Positions 51,029-61,344 of a stretch of 64,000 bases of DNA are shown here, piece by piece. Each line of letters opens with the position of its first letter. The stretch's first letter is position 1. The stretch is from an uncultured delta proteobacterium (GTDB lineage: Bacteria > Desulfobacterota > Zymogenia > Zymogenales > Zymogenaceae): contig CAWBYW010000009.1 of the NCBI GenBank assembly GCA_963792965.1, positions 128,001-192,000 on the forward strand. Direction: 5' to 3'. A model generated the notes under the pieces. It saw only the letters and a program-made list of their open reading frames with translations, did not search any database and was not told where the DNA came from. The translations under genes and the position numbers were made by a program.

Positions 51029-51514
51029 ATGGAGATAGATAAGGATAAGGTGACGTATCGGAAAGCCGTTCTGGATGACGTGGAGACCCTCGTGCAGTTT
51101 CGTGAGGCCTTCCTCACGGAGACCTTCCCCGAGTCGCTCGACCAGGACCGGGAGGTCTTCAGGCGCTCGGCGGCGGCATACTTCACGAACGCGATTTCAT
51201 CGGGCGGCTTTGTCTCCTACTTCGCGATGTACGATGGGCGCGTCCTCTCCGTGGGCGGCATGTCGACCTACAACCTGCCGCCGATAGACTCCCCCCGGGG
51301 CAGGAAGATCGGATATATCCTCAACATGTATACCGTGCCCGAGGCGCGCCGAAACGGCCTCGGCGCGCACATCTTCGACCTCCTGATTTCCGAGGGCAAG
51401 AAACAGGGCCTTTCCAACATCCACCTGCGCGCGACAAAGGACGGGGAGCCCCTCTACCGCAAGGCCGGTTTTGTCGAGCCACATCTCGTGGAGCTTGAGC
51501 TCAAGCTCACCTAA
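51029..51514 (+). CDS. GNAT-family N-acetyltransferase
   Basis: GYILNMYTVPEARRNGLG, L.AT..GEPLYRKAGF. Confidence 0.9.
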   Translation: MEIDKDKVTYRKAVLDDVETLVQFREAFLTETFPESLDQDREVFRRSAAAYFTNAISSGGFVSYFAMYDGRVLSVGGMSTYNLPPIDSPRGRKIGYILNMYTVPEARRNGLGAHIFDLLISEGKKQGLSNIHLRATKDGEPLYRKAGFVEPHLVELELKLT

Positions 51515-51697
51515 GCGGGCAAACCAGCCACCGTATATTTTCATGGACAAATGGTCTCGATATATGGTTAAATATCGGCGTGGTCTTTACCGTACATCAC
51601 CCGATCGGCGACGCGACACTCGTATCTCCGTCCCCATCCCGACCCGGGACCCCTTCTCGCACCTGACCGGGGTCGCTCTCGCCCGCAGGAAAGGGCC

Positions 51698-54439
51698 GTG
51701 GACCGGATCATCAAGATCAATATCCGCTACGCCACACCAGGGGCTTTTATCGCCCAGTACCGGGCAAATATCGCCAATGCCCGGTTCGTGCTCTCGTCTG
51801 CCCAGACACTACCCATCGGCACCCCGGCCGAGCTGATCATGTCCATCCCCGGATTTACGGGGCCGTTCGTGATCACCGGGATGGTGCAGTCGGTCTTCGA
51901 GCAGAGGCCCGAGCCGGGGGGCGCGGCAAAAAACGACATCCTCTTTCAGTTCGCCGGGGGGCAGCAGGATCGGCTCCGGAAACTGCGGCAGGCGCTCACC
52001 AATCATCGAGACTACGGTTCCCTCATGGGATCTTCATCGACGGCCGAGGCGCGGCAAGCGCCGCAGGGCGCGCCCGCACCGGCCCGTCCTTCGGAAGGGG
52101 TAGCCGGCCCTCCACACGCCCCCGCCTCTCCCCACCGCCCGTCGTCGCTCACCGATGAACGCTTTCAGAAGATCCGGACGATCATCCGCGACCGCGATAC
52201 CGTCGCGCGGATGAAGACGGATGAAGACCAAAAGCCCGCCGCGACGACTCAGCAGACGGGAGATCGCGTCAGGAAGGACTTCTCGACCCAGGAGAGGGAC
52301 CGTCTGGAGCCGGTGTCCGGATTTATACTCGGTCTGGCCAAGGCAATGCTGCGCTCGGGCTACTACGCCCCGGAGCATCCCGGAAGCAAACAGGCCAAAG
52401 AGGGAATCTATACGGAGTTTAAACAGGCATTAGGTGACCAGCGGGATATTACGCTCACCAGCCAGGAGACACAGGGACGGTTCGACGTGATGATCCTCGG
52501 CATCCTCGAGGACCAGGTCAGCCTGCGCGCGCTCATCGGCATCGAGCAGGCGCAGATCTACATGCCCAAGCTGAAAGAGTATTATACCCGCAAGAACCTC
52601 GTGAGCTTTTCCCTCAGAAACGACCTGCCCCTGACACATTTCGAGGATTTCATCGACATTATGAGCGACCCGAAGCGCGATAGGGGCACGGAAGGTGAGG
52701 TCGGCAACGTCCTGACAAAGGCCCTCGTGGAGAAAGGAATCACCGAGGTCTCCGCCGTCTTCGTCGATGATTTGATCATCTTTGAGCTCAAGCTCCCCTG
52801 GCGCGTCGAGATGGCTATCCAGAGGCTGGCCAAAGACCTGAAGGTCCTCCCGATGTTCAAGGACAAGACGAAGGAAGAAATCCAGAATATCAAGATCCGC
52901 ATCATCCAGGATATCATCCGGCCGCTGAGGGAGCCCCACATGCTCAAGGATATCGTCGTCAACGCCCACATCATCGCCCGGAACGTTGCCGCCGTCGACG
53001 CACAGGACCTCGAGCAGACAATCGTCAAGACCTTCCCCATGGAGATCCTTCTGCCCACGTCGAAATACGTCTTCGAAGAGCTCGCGCGCATAAAGGAAGA
53101 GCTCACGCAGAAGCCGGATCACCAGGGACTTCTGAACCGTTTCGAGAGCGTCAAGAGGATCCTCCGCTGGATCTCCACGCGCGTGCTCCAGGAAAAGATA
53201 TCCGCCGGCGAGTCATTTTTCGAGCAGCTCTATTTTCAGAAGATATTGACCTACAAAGAGCTGCCGGAGATCGTCAGGGACCATATCGACACGATGATTC
53301 TGGTCAACGAGCTCAAGGAATATCATCCGTTTTATATGGAGAGGTTTAAGCAAGCGTCCGAGGACGAGGACGTTCTCCTCTTCTTGCGATTTTTCCGTCG
53401 AATCCTGCCGCAGCTGTTGGAGCAGCGCCTCTATGACCTCATCTCCCTCATCAACGGGACGGTGCTGGCGAAGTTTCACGACCAATCCCGTTTCACGTCG
53501 AGCTCCGTTAAGGCGCTCCAGGCCCCCATCCGTTTCATCTGGCTCGACTCCATGGATATTCTGGCCAAGCTTTTTGAGGACGAAACGAAGGAGACCCGGG
53601 GCACCATCGAAAAGATCGTCAAGCTGCTCGGACCCTACGGAGTTTCGCTCTTGGTCTATATCCTCATGGAGAGCCGGAACAAGTTCGTGCGCAAGAGCGC
53701 CGTCGAGATGCTCGTCGGTATGGGGGACTACGGGCGCATGGCCATGGTCAAGATCCTCAAGACTCCGTCCAACCACTGGTACATATACCGAAACGCCCTG
53801 GCCGCTCTTGTCAGCCTCGGCAAGCGCGAGGACGCGCCGCTGGTCGATGGATTTCTGCTCCATGAAAACCCAAGGGTGCGCGAGGAAGCGATCGCGGTCG
53901 CCGGCACGCTGGAGGGAGCTTCGGCCGAGCCGAAGCTTCTCCGGGCGCTTTCCGATTCGGACTTGGGCGTTCGCAAGCGCGCCGCCGCCTGTATGGGGCA
54001 GTCCGCGCTCAGGTCTCCCCGGGTCGTCACGGCCCTTGCCGAGATCCTCTTCATTGATGAGGAACGGCACCCCGAGTACAGGCGCGATATCCTGGAGCTC
54101 AAAGTGGAGGCGATCAACGCCCTCTCACTTATCGGAAACGAGTCCGTCTTCGGCGACAGGACGGTGGAAGAGCTCCTCATCGGCCTGATGATGCCCGAAA
54201 AGAAGTGGTCGCAGAAGCTCATGGAGAAAATCAAGCAGGTGTCCGCAAAAAAGGAAGGGAATCAGATCATGCAGGCCGCCGTCCTCAAGGCCCTCTGGAG
54301 AATGGGCACGAAGGACGCCCTCCCTCCCCTCCTTGAGCTTGCCGAAAAGGTCGACAAATCGATGGTAACCCGCGTGAAAGAGACCATCAGGCAGATTCAG
54401 ATGCGCCAGCAAGGACCGGCCCCCCGCGGCCCCGCCTGA
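51698..54439 (+). CDS. Large protein: degenerate PilZ-like N-terminus, Pro-rich linker, helical core, C-terminal HEAT repeats
   Basis: F..QY.ANI....LP.GT..L...IPG..PF.I.G.V; HWYIYRNA, HENPRVREEA, L.DSDLGVRKRAA. Confidence 0.7.
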   Translation: MDRIIKINIRYATPGAFIAQYRANIANARFVLSSAQTLPIGTPAELIMSIPGFTGPFVITGMVQSVFEQRPEPGGAAKNDILFQFAGGQQDRLRKLRQALTNHRDYGSLMGSSSTAEARQAPQGAPAPARPSEGVAGPPHAPASPHRPSSLTDERFQKIRTIIRDRDTVARMKTDEDQKPAATTQQTGDRVRKDFSTQERDRLEPVSGFILGLAKAMLRSGYYAPEHPGSKQAKEGIYTEFKQALGDQRDITLTSQETQGRFDVMILGILEDQVSLRALIGIEQAQIYMPKLKEYYTRKNLVSFSLRNDLPLTHFEDFIDIMSDPKRDRGTEGEVGNVLTKALVEKGITEVSAVFVDDLIIFELKLPWRVEMAIQRLAKDLKVLPMFKDKTKEEIQNIKIRIIQDIIRPLREPHMLKDIVVNAHIIARNVAAVDAQDLEQTIVKTFPMEILLPTSKYVFEELARIKEELTQKPDHQGLLNRFESVKRILRWISTRVLQEKISAGESFFEQLYFQKILTYKELPEIVRDHIDTMILVNELKEYHPFYMERFKQASEDEDVLLFLRFFRRILPQLLEQRLYDLISLINGTVLAKFHDQSRFTSSSVKALQAPIRFIWLDSMDILAKLFEDETKETRGTIEKIVKLLGPYGVSLLVYILMESRNKFVRKSAVEMLVGMGDYGRMAMVKILKTPSNHWYIYRNALAALVSLGKREDAPLVDGFLLHENPRVREEAIAVAGTLEGASAEPKLLRALSDSDLGVRKRAAACMGQSALRSPRVVTALAEILFIDEERHPEYRRDILELKVEAINALSLIGNESVFGDRTVEELLIGLMMPEKKWSQKLMEKIKQVSAKKEGNQIMQAAVLKALWRMGTKDALPPLLELAEKVDKSMVTRVKETIRQIQMRQQGPAPRGPA

Positions 54440-54580
54440 CCCGGAATATCCCCCCTGCCCGCGCCATGAGTCCGGGCGCGACGGTTCTCTCACCGACCAG
54501 GCCGGGAGGCGAGCGGAAAGACCCGAGGCGACGTTTCCACGCCTCTCAGGTCGCGGCGCTCGAACCCCGCGATCGCGTTC

Positions 54581-55663
54581 TCACCCCTTCATCATTTCGA
54601 TAAACCGCTCAAGCTTTCCCTTTTTCTTGAGAATCGTCATCCCCATCTCCCGGCCGGTCGGAGAGATTTCCGGACGATTGGTGCGCGCCAAAAGCGATAT
54701 CGCCTCCGTCGGGCAGCTTCCCACGCAGACGCCGCAGCCGATGCAGCGATCCTCGGAAACCTCAGCTGCGTCATCGACCATCTCGATGGCGCCCATGGGG
54801 CACCGCTCGTCTTTGCAGACACCGCAGCCCGTGCAGAGGTCCTTGTCGATACGCGCAAAATAGGCGCTCGGCGCAAAGGCGTTGGGCATGTTGAGCTCGG
54901 TCCTGCCCCTGAGCACCGTGCAGCAGCACGGACAGCAATTACAGATCAGGTTGCCCCGGTCGGCGCTGTTGTTGGACGTATGGACGAGGCCCGCCTCCGC
55001 CGCCGTTTTCAGCACGCCGTACGCCTCCTGTTTGTCGATGGCGCGCGCATAGCCGCGGTCGACAAGAAATTGCGCCGTGGGACCGAAGACAAGGCAGGTC
55101 TCGCGCGGCTTATCGCACGCGTTCACGCTCACCCTGCAGGCGCATTCGGTCACGGCAATAAAGGAGGCCCCGTCGACAAGCGTGCGCGCCCGCTCATAGG
55201 GCAGCACCTCGCTCTTCCCCTCGATGGTCTCCTGGATCGGTACGACGCGCATGAGGGGGGTATCGGTCCCGGCGAACTCCTTGCCGAGCGCCTCGTGGTG
55301 GTAGCGCCGCCATAGCTCCCCCAGCTTCTCGTGCACCGGCTCCCCCCCGCCCTTCATGAAGGGAAACTCGAAAAGCCCGGGGATCGTCGGAAGCAGCGCG
55401 TACGAGTCCGTCCCGTCTTTTGTCCGGCTGATGATGATGGCCTTGTCGGCCATCCGCTCGAGGATCGTGACGGCCTCTTTTTCGCCAATGCCCGCCCTCC
55501 CCGCCAGGTCGGCGACGGATCTGAACGCGTAGCTCATCCCAACTGCCAGCGCCGCCTCCTCGGGGGTAAAAAGGATCCTCAGTATCTCATCGAAGGCCGC
55601 CGATTTTGGCGCCCCCGTGGGATGGATGTCAAGGATCTCCTGAAGTCGCTCGTAGGTATCCAT
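54581..55663 (-). CDS. 4Fe-4S binding protein with N-terminal HTH-like region
   Basis: CACR, PRETC, A.EAGLVH, ICNCCPCCC, two CxxCxxC motifs. Confidence 0.85.
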   Translation of the reverse strand: MDTYERLQEILDIHPTGAPKSAAFDEILRILFTPEEAALAVGMSYAFRSVADLAGRAGIGEKEAVTILERMADKAIIISRTKDGTDSYALLPTIPGLFEFPFMKGGGEPVHEKLGELWRRYHHEALGKEFAGTDTPLMRVVPIQETIEGKSEVLPYERARTLVDGASFIAVTECACRVSVNACDKPRETCLVFGPTAQFLVDRGYARAIDKQEAYGVLKTAAEAGLVHTSNNSADRGNLICNCCPCCCTVLRGRTELNMPNAFAPSAYFARIDKDLCTGCGVCKDERCPMGAIEMVDDAAEVSEDRCIGCGVCVGSCPTEAISLLARTNRPEISPTGREMGMTILKKKGKLERFIEMMKG

Positions 55664-55681
55664 GGTGCCTCCAAAGGTGTG

Positions 55682-56509
55682 TTACGTGAGATTGAAAACG
55701 CGGCGGGCGTTCTCAAACAGGAAGAGCCGCCTTCCCTCGCCCTCAAGCCCGAGGGAGCCCAGATCCGCAAGGCACTGCTCGGCCGTTACCATCGGGTAGT
55801 TGGTGCCGAACAGCACCTTCTTCTTGCCGTTCTTTTTCATGTAGGCCACCAGCTCCGCCGGGTATCGCCGGGACAGGTATGCCGAGGTGTCGATAAAGAC
55901 GTTCGGGTGCTTGGTTGCAACCGCGATCATCTCGGTCGTCCAGGGGTAGCCGATATGGCCGCAGACGATCTTCAATTCGGGAAACTCGATGGCCACCTCG
56001 TCGATATAGGGTATGGGTCTGCCCGGCTCCGAGGGACACAGGGGACCGGTGTGGCCGACCTGAAGACAGACGGGGATATCGAGGTTGACGCATTCCGCAA
56101 AGAGCGGGTAGTATCGCCGGTCGGTCGGCGGGAGGTTCCACAGCCACTGAACGATCCTCAGGCCCCGAAAACCGAGCTTCTCCACGCATCGCCTCAGCTC
56201 CCTGACGCCGTCCATGGGCCGAGAGAGATCGACGGAGGCGATGCCGATAAACCGGTCCGGGTATTGATTGATGAAGGAGGCGACCTCGTCGTTGGTGATA
56301 AGCGGGCCGTGTGGACCCCACCACGCGCAGATGAGCCCCAGACCCACCCTCGCCCGGTTCATCATCTGGACCGTGACCTCGACGGGGATCTCGGCCGACA
56401 GGGGCTGCCCCCCCGTCCACCGACGGAGCGAATCGAACATCGGCTGGTTGATGAACCGCATCGTGGGGTGTTGTATCCACGCGTCAATGATTTCAAACTG
56501 CTTATCCAT
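55682..56509 (-). CDS. Amidohydrolase_2-family protein
   Basis: YPDRFIG, YYPLFAEC, QVGHTGP, CGHIGYPW, DTSA, FGTNYP. Confidence 0.88.
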   Translation of the reverse strand: MDKQFEIIDAWIQHPTMRFINQPMFDSLRRWTGGQPLSAEIPVEVTVQMMNRARVGLGLICAWWGPHGPLITNDEVASFINQYPDRFIGIASVDLSRPMDGVRELRRCVEKLGFRGLRIVQWLWNLPPTDRRYYPLFAECVNLDIPVCLQVGHTGPLCPSEPGRPIPYIDEVAIEFPELKIVCGHIGYPWTTEMIAVATKHPNVFIDTSAYLSRRYPAELVAYMKKNGKKKVLFGTNYPMVTAEQCLADLGSLGLEGEGRRLFLFENARRVFNLT

Positions 56510-56999
56510 TCGTACCCTCGATCTTTGTCTGAAACGTCTGATCGGCCGATTTCTTCATCTTCTCCTCGTAGGTGACGAGGTTGGCCAGGATGCGGCTCAG
56601 CTTCTCTTCAAGGTCGATGATTTCTTGCCGGTCCAGTCCCGAGAGTGCGATGTCGGCCATCTCCTGAGACACCCGGGCGTAGACGTCCCTGAGCGACCTG
56701 TCCTTATCGGTGAGCCGAATCAGGATCTCTCGGCGGTCTTCCTTTGAGGGGACGCGCGTCACCAGCCCCGCGGCCTCGAGCCGGTCAATCATCACCGTGA
56801 GCGTTGATTTGGAAAGGGACGTCTGTTGCGCCAGCTCCTGGATGGGGATGTCGTCGGTCTTCCAGAGCACAAAGAGGATCCTCCCCTGGGCGGGTGTGAT
56901 CCGGTCCAGATCGTTCTGTCTGAGGATGCCCTCGAATATCCTCCCGGACGTCTGATGGATGCGGGCGATCAAGAACGCCCCCTCGTATCTCGGCTTCAT
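56502..56999 (-). CDS. MarR-family regulator
   Basis: QGRILFVLW, KSTLT.MIDRLE..GLV.R, DRR...I.LT. Confidence 0.9.
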   Translation of the reverse strand: MKPRYEGAFLIARIHQTSGRIFEGILRQNDLDRITPAQGRILFVLWKTDDIPIQELAQQTSLSKSTLTVMIDRLEAAGLVTRVPSKEDRREILIRLTDKDRSLRDVYARVSQEMADIALSGLDRQEIIDLEEKLSRILANLVTYEEKMKKSADQTFQTKIEGTNG

Positions 57000-57046
57000 G
57001 GCGCTTCCTTATCCCGCCTCAGGAGCGGCACGTCTCAAGGCGGGAG

Positions 57047-57066
57047 ATAGTACTAACTAAAACTAT
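57047..57066. promoter_or_regulatory. Putative MarR operator
   Basis: ATAGT-N10-ACTAT about 50 nt upstream of the MarR start. Confidence 0.45.
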
Positions 57067-57395
57067 ACTAACTAATATTATATACCGGCTCCAATTGTAA
57101 AGCATAAAACGATTTCGAGTATCGATTTTTCCGGGTCCTTTCGTGAATTGAGCCCGAAATCCCGAACGACCGGCTCATCGCGCAAATTATCGGGCGGGCA
57201 CGTACGAAATAGCCAATCGCCGGATGTGCCGCTCCGCGGCCGCAGGGACAATCCCCGTTTTCTCCACCAAATTCTCGCGACGCGAAAAAGAGCTTGTGTT
57301 TCACACGGTTTTTTTGATAGATTTATCCGAGGTCAATATGGCCCGACGTAGACAGGCGACTTCTCCTATCGCAACCGGGAGGAAACAGGAAAGAG

Positions 57396-60062
57396 ATGAA
57401 AAAGAACTATCTGATGGCGCTGGATGTGGGCGGCGGTTCGGGCAGGTGTCTGTTGCTTGAGCCTACTACCGGCGAGGTTATCGTCGCAAAGCGGGAATGG
57501 TCCCACCCTACGGCACCCGGCACAAGTGGGCTGGGCGCAAACCTCGATGCAACGGACCTGATCAAAAAGCTCGGTGAGGCCTCAATAGAGGCGCTCAGCA
57601 AGGCGAATGCTGCGCCGCGCGATGTGATTGGGATCGCGGCCGCCAGCATGCGCAACACGACCGTGATCCTTGACCGCGCGCATAAGGTTCTTTTCGGGAC
57701 CCCGAACCGGGACGCCCGCGCCCTCGGCGAAGGGGTAACGCTCGGGCTCGAGCGGGGAAAAGAGATCCACGCGATCTCGGGCCATTGGCCCAGCCCCCTC
57801 TTTTTGGGCACGAGGCTGGTCTGGGTGAAGAACAATATGCCCGATCTATTGGCCCGTGCCGCCGTCGCGTTCTCCCTTTCCGATTGGGTCGGCATGTTTC
57901 TGTCCGGACGGGTCGCCGCCGAGACGTCCCAGGCTGGCGAGACGCTCTTGTTTGACCTGAAAAGGCGGGAGTGGGCATCTAACCTCATCGAATCCCTCGG
58001 GCTTCCGAGGGCCATATTCCCCGAGATCGTCGAGTCGGGCAGCCCCCTCGGGAAGCTGACGAAAGACGCCGCCGATGTCCTCGGGCTCGTCCCCGGCATA
58101 CCCGTGGCCGCCGGAGGCGCGGACACCCAGTGCGGACTCCTCGGCGCGGGCGCCGTGAGGTCCGGCGACTGCGCCGTGATCGCCGGCACCACGATGCCGA
58201 TCCAGATGGTGACGGATAGACTGATCCTCGACGAAACCGGCCGGCTCTGGAGCGGCCGACACGTCGTGCCGGGGCTCTGCGTGCTCGAAAGCAATGGGAT
58301 GATGACCGGCGACGTCATCGAGTGGTTTTCTCGCATTATGTACTCAGACGTCTCCGATCCGGTCCGTTCCGTCTTTGCGGACGCGTCACGTTCCGTTCCC
58401 GGGGGCTCGGGGGTCTATTCCACCTTTGGGGCGGCAGTCTTTGACGCAAGAACCCTCGGGTTGCCGGTGGGGAACCTCTCCATCTCCCCCATGGTGACAA
58501 AGGACACCTCGCACGGCCGCGCGTCGGTCGCCCGGGCGCTCATCGAGGGGATCGCCTATTCGGCGCGCGCCAACCTCGAGCAGATCACCGCCGTCTCCGG
58601 CGCTCACGTAGAGACGCTGCACGTCTCCGGCGGGATGTCGAAAGACGCGCTCTGGACCCGGATCGTGGCCGACGTGACCGGCATCCCGGTCCTCGTTCCT
58701 ACCACTTCCGAGGTCACGGCCCTCGGCGCGGCGATCCTGGCCGGTGTCGGCGCGGGCGTCTTTACCAACCCCGCCGGCGGCTCGGAGAAAGTCACAAAGA
58801 TCGTTCGGGAAGACCGTCCGGGCGATTCGTCGCAAAAATACCAGGGCCTCTACGCCGGCTGGCGCGAGGCCCACGCGAAGCGCGCCGAGGCCGACGCCCA
58901 CGTCTCAAATCTGTTGACGATGTCCCTCTTCGAGGCTACGCCCTCGGCCGCCCGGGCCGCCGATCCCTCTTTCCGGCCGAAAATCCTCGTCACCGCGTCG
59001 ATGGACGAGGCCGCCCTCGAGGAGCTCGCGAGAATCGGTGACATTACCTACGCCGACTGGAGACAGTCCATGAAGATCTACGACGGGGGCGAGAGCCTCG
59101 CGCAGGCCGTCTCGGGCTGTCATGTCCTGATCACGGAGATGGATATCGTCGACCTTGAGGCGATCAAATCTTCGCCGGACCTGAGGATGATTATCACGTG
59201 CCGCGGCAACGCCGTCAACGTCGACCTCTCGTCCGCAACCGCTTTCGGTATCCCGGTGGTCAACACCCCCGGCAGAAACGCCGACGCCGTGGCGGACCTG
59301 GCCGTCGCATTCATGGTGATGCTCGCCCGGAAAATGCCGTCGTCCGCCGATTTCCTCAAAACCGGCTCCATAAAGGCCGGGGACATGGGGAAGATGGGCG
59401 AGGCGTACCTTAAGTATCAGGGAAGCGAGCTCTGGAGAAAGACCGTGGGCCTGGTCGGGCTGGGGAGCGTCGGCCGTTGCGTCGCAAGGAGGCTTGCGCC
59501 CTTCGGCGCTCGGGTTATCTTTTATGACCCCGCAGTGAGCGCTGATGACGCGGCGCTCTTCTCGGCCGAAAAGGTCTCGTTTGAGGAGCTGTTGTCCGTA
59601 AGCGATTTCGTCAGCCTCCATGCCCCCGCGATCGCGGCGACAAAGGGGATGATGAACCGCGACTCCTTCGGACGCATGAAACAGGGGGCCTTCTTCATTA
59701 ATACGGCCCGTGCCTCCCTTGTGGACGACGACGCCCTGTTTGAGGCCCTGGACTCCGGCCGGCTTTCCGGCGCGGCGCTCGACGTCTTTTCAGTGGAGCC
59801 GCCCGGGTCCGACGATCGGATCGTGTCGCATCCGAGCGTCATCGTCACCCCTCATCTGGGCGGCAATACAACCCAGATCGCGGCCCATCAGGGGACGATC
59901 GCGGCCTCCGAGCTCAGAAAGCTCCTCTCCGGCTCCCCGCCCGACTATATCCTCAACCCCGGGGTGCTGGCGACCTTCGCCTTTTCGGGGCCCCGCCGCC
60001 TGCCCGACGACCGCGAGCTCGAAAGGCTCTCACGCAATAAGCGCCCCACCATGACCTCATGA
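57396..60062 (+). CDS. FGGY-family carbohydrate kinase fused to D-2-hydroxyacid dehydrogenase
   Basis: LDVGGGSGR, GGADTQC, GTT, SGGMS, ALGAA; then NTPGRNA.AVA, GLVGLGSVG, INTAR, LDVF..EP, TPHLGG. Confidence 0.88.
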   Translation: MKKNYLMALDVGGGSGRCLLLEPTTGEVIVAKREWSHPTAPGTSGLGANLDATDLIKKLGEASIEALSKANAAPRDVIGIAAASMRNTTVILDRAHKVLFGTPNRDARALGEGVTLGLERGKEIHAISGHWPSPLFLGTRLVWVKNNMPDLLARAAVAFSLSDWVGMFLSGRVAAETSQAGETLLFDLKRREWASNLIESLGLPRAIFPEIVESGSPLGKLTKDAADVLGLVPGIPVAAGGADTQCGLLGAGAVRSGDCAVIAGTTMPIQMVTDRLILDETGRLWSGRHVVPGLCVLESNGMMTGDVIEWFSRIMYSDVSDPVRSVFADASRSVPGGSGVYSTFGAAVFDARTLGLPVGNLSISPMVTKDTSHGRASVARALIEGIAYSARANLEQITAVSGAHVETLHVSGGMSKDALWTRIVADVTGIPVLVPTTSEVTALGAAILAGVGAGVFTNPAGGSEKVTKIVREDRPGDSSQKYQGLYAGWREAHAKRAEADAHVSNLLTMSLFEATPSAARAADPSFRPKILVTASMDEAALEELARIGDITYADWRQSMKIYDGGESLAQAVSGCHVLITEMDIVDLEAIKSSPDLRMIITCRGNAVNVDLSSATAFGIPVVNTPGRNADAVADLAVAFMVMLARKMPSSADFLKTGSIKAGDMGKMGEAYLKYQGSELWRKTVGLVGLGSVGRCVARRLAPFGARVIFYDPAVSADDAALFSAEKVSFEELLSVSDFVSLHAPAIAATKGMMNRDSFGRMKQGAFFINTARASLVDDDALFEALDSGRLSGAALDVFSVEPPGSDDRIVSHPSVIVTPHLGGNTTQIAAHQGTIAASELRKLLSGSPPDYILNPGVLATFAFSGPRRLPDDRELERLSRNKRPTMTS

Positions 60063-60122
60063 CAAAGGAATATCTCCGGCGAAAAGCAGGCCGAGAGACT
60101 TGATAGAAGGAGAAAACAGACT

Positions 60123-60803
60123 ATGGGAAAATACGACGGTTATCAGAAAGAGGTGCTCGGGGCCAGCCTCTGGCTCTCGGATCACGGCTACTTCGGGTCA
60201 CTGCGGGGAACTGGCGGCAACGTCTCGGTACGTGTGGATAATGAGCCCGCCATGGTTATCACCCCGTCTTCGGTGAAATACCATGAGCTGGCGGCATTGG
60301 ATATTTGCGTGGTGGGATTTGACCTGACGGTCCTGGAGGGTACGCATAACCCATCGGTCGAATCGGGTATGCACGGCATCATCTATCAGAAGCGCCCCGA
60401 CGTCAACGCCGTCGTCCATACCCACCAGATCTTTGGGAGCGTCTTCGCCCTCATCAAGGAGCCGATCCCGGCCCTCTTCGATGAGGTCGGTTTTACCCTC
60501 GGCGAGACGGTGGACGTGGTTCCCTACGGGCTCTCCGGGAGCAAGGACCTGGTCAATAACGTCGCGGGAAAGCTCGACAACAATGCCAACGCCTACATTA
60601 TCCAGAACCACGGGATCATCGCCCTCGGCAAGACCCTCGACAAGGCGCTGCTCGCCGCCGAGCTCTTGGAGAAGGTCGCCCACATATACTGCCTGGCGCT
60701 GGCAACCGGCAAGCCGGTCACGACGCTGCCGCAGCCGACCGTCGATATGGTCAAGGGGATGAGAACCTACGAGGTCACCGAGGCCAAAAAGAAGAAGGGA
60801 TAA
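60123..60803 (+). CDS. Class II aldolase/adducin-family protein
   Basis: GNVSVR, ITPS, PSVE..MH, HTH, NHG. Confidence 0.9.
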   Translation: MGKYDGYQKEVLGASLWLSDHGYFGSLRGTGGNVSVRVDNEPAMVITPSSVKYHELAALDICVVGFDLTVLEGTHNPSVESGMHGIIYQKRPDVNAVVHTHQIFGSVFALIKEPIPALFDEVGFTLGETVDVVPYGLSGSKDLVNNVAGKLDNNANAYIIQNHGIIALGKTLDKALLAAELLEKVAHIYCLALATGKPVTTLPQPTVDMVKGMRTYEVTEAKKKKG

Positions 60804-60832
60804 AAATAAAGCGGGGGCGCCCTGCGCCCCCG
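60802..60832 (-). terminator. Intrinsic terminator between convergent genes
   Basis: CGGGGGCGC-CCT-GCGCCCCCG; minus-strand tail CTTTATTTTT. Confidence 0.7.
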
Positions 60833-60876
60833 TCGGTCTTTGTGAGGTACTTCCCCACACGGTTGGATGTGAGCCG

Positions 60877-61344
60877 TCAGACCCTCTTCTTTTCCTTGTC
60901 TGGGCCCGCTTTACCGGCTTTCTTCAGATACTCCTCGAAAGCGGCCTTGCCTTCGTCGTGCCAGAACCGCTTATAGTTGTGCCACCACATCATCGTGTCG
61001 TTGACGTGCTCTCCCCGGCCCATGTCGCCGCACCAGTCGTGGTGGTGCCTGAACCCATGGCCCCAGTGCGGGCCACCGTGCCACCGGCGGCCGTGAATGC
61101 CCAGCGTGCCCAGAAGCAGCCGCGCCAGGATCATGAGCCCGAACGCCTGCCAGTAGCCGATCTGCCCGATGCCGAAGATTCCCGGCATAAGCAGGTTCCA
61201 GAGCCACATGACGACAACCGCCAGGACAAGCGCGAAGAGGACCACGAAGCACAGCCTCACAAAGACGCTGCCGATAAACCTCATCGCCCTGCCGAACCGG
61301 CTGGACCCGTGCCGCCCGCACCTTTCTTCATTCTTTTCGTTCAT
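60877..61344 (-). CDS. Membrane protein coupled to ECF sigma (2 TM, His/Trp-rich tail)
   Basis: VMWLWN.LMP.IFG...I.YWQAFGL..LAR.L; ATGA overlap with the sigma gene. Confidence 0.75.
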   Translation of the reverse strand: MNEKNEERCGRHGSSRFGRAMRFIGSVFVRLCFVVLFALVLAVVVMWLWNLLMPGIFGIGQIGYWQAFGLMILARLLLGTLGIHGRRWHGGPHWGHGFRHHHDWCGDMGRGEHVNDTMMWWHNYKRFWHDEGKAAFEEYLKKAGKAGPDKEKKRV

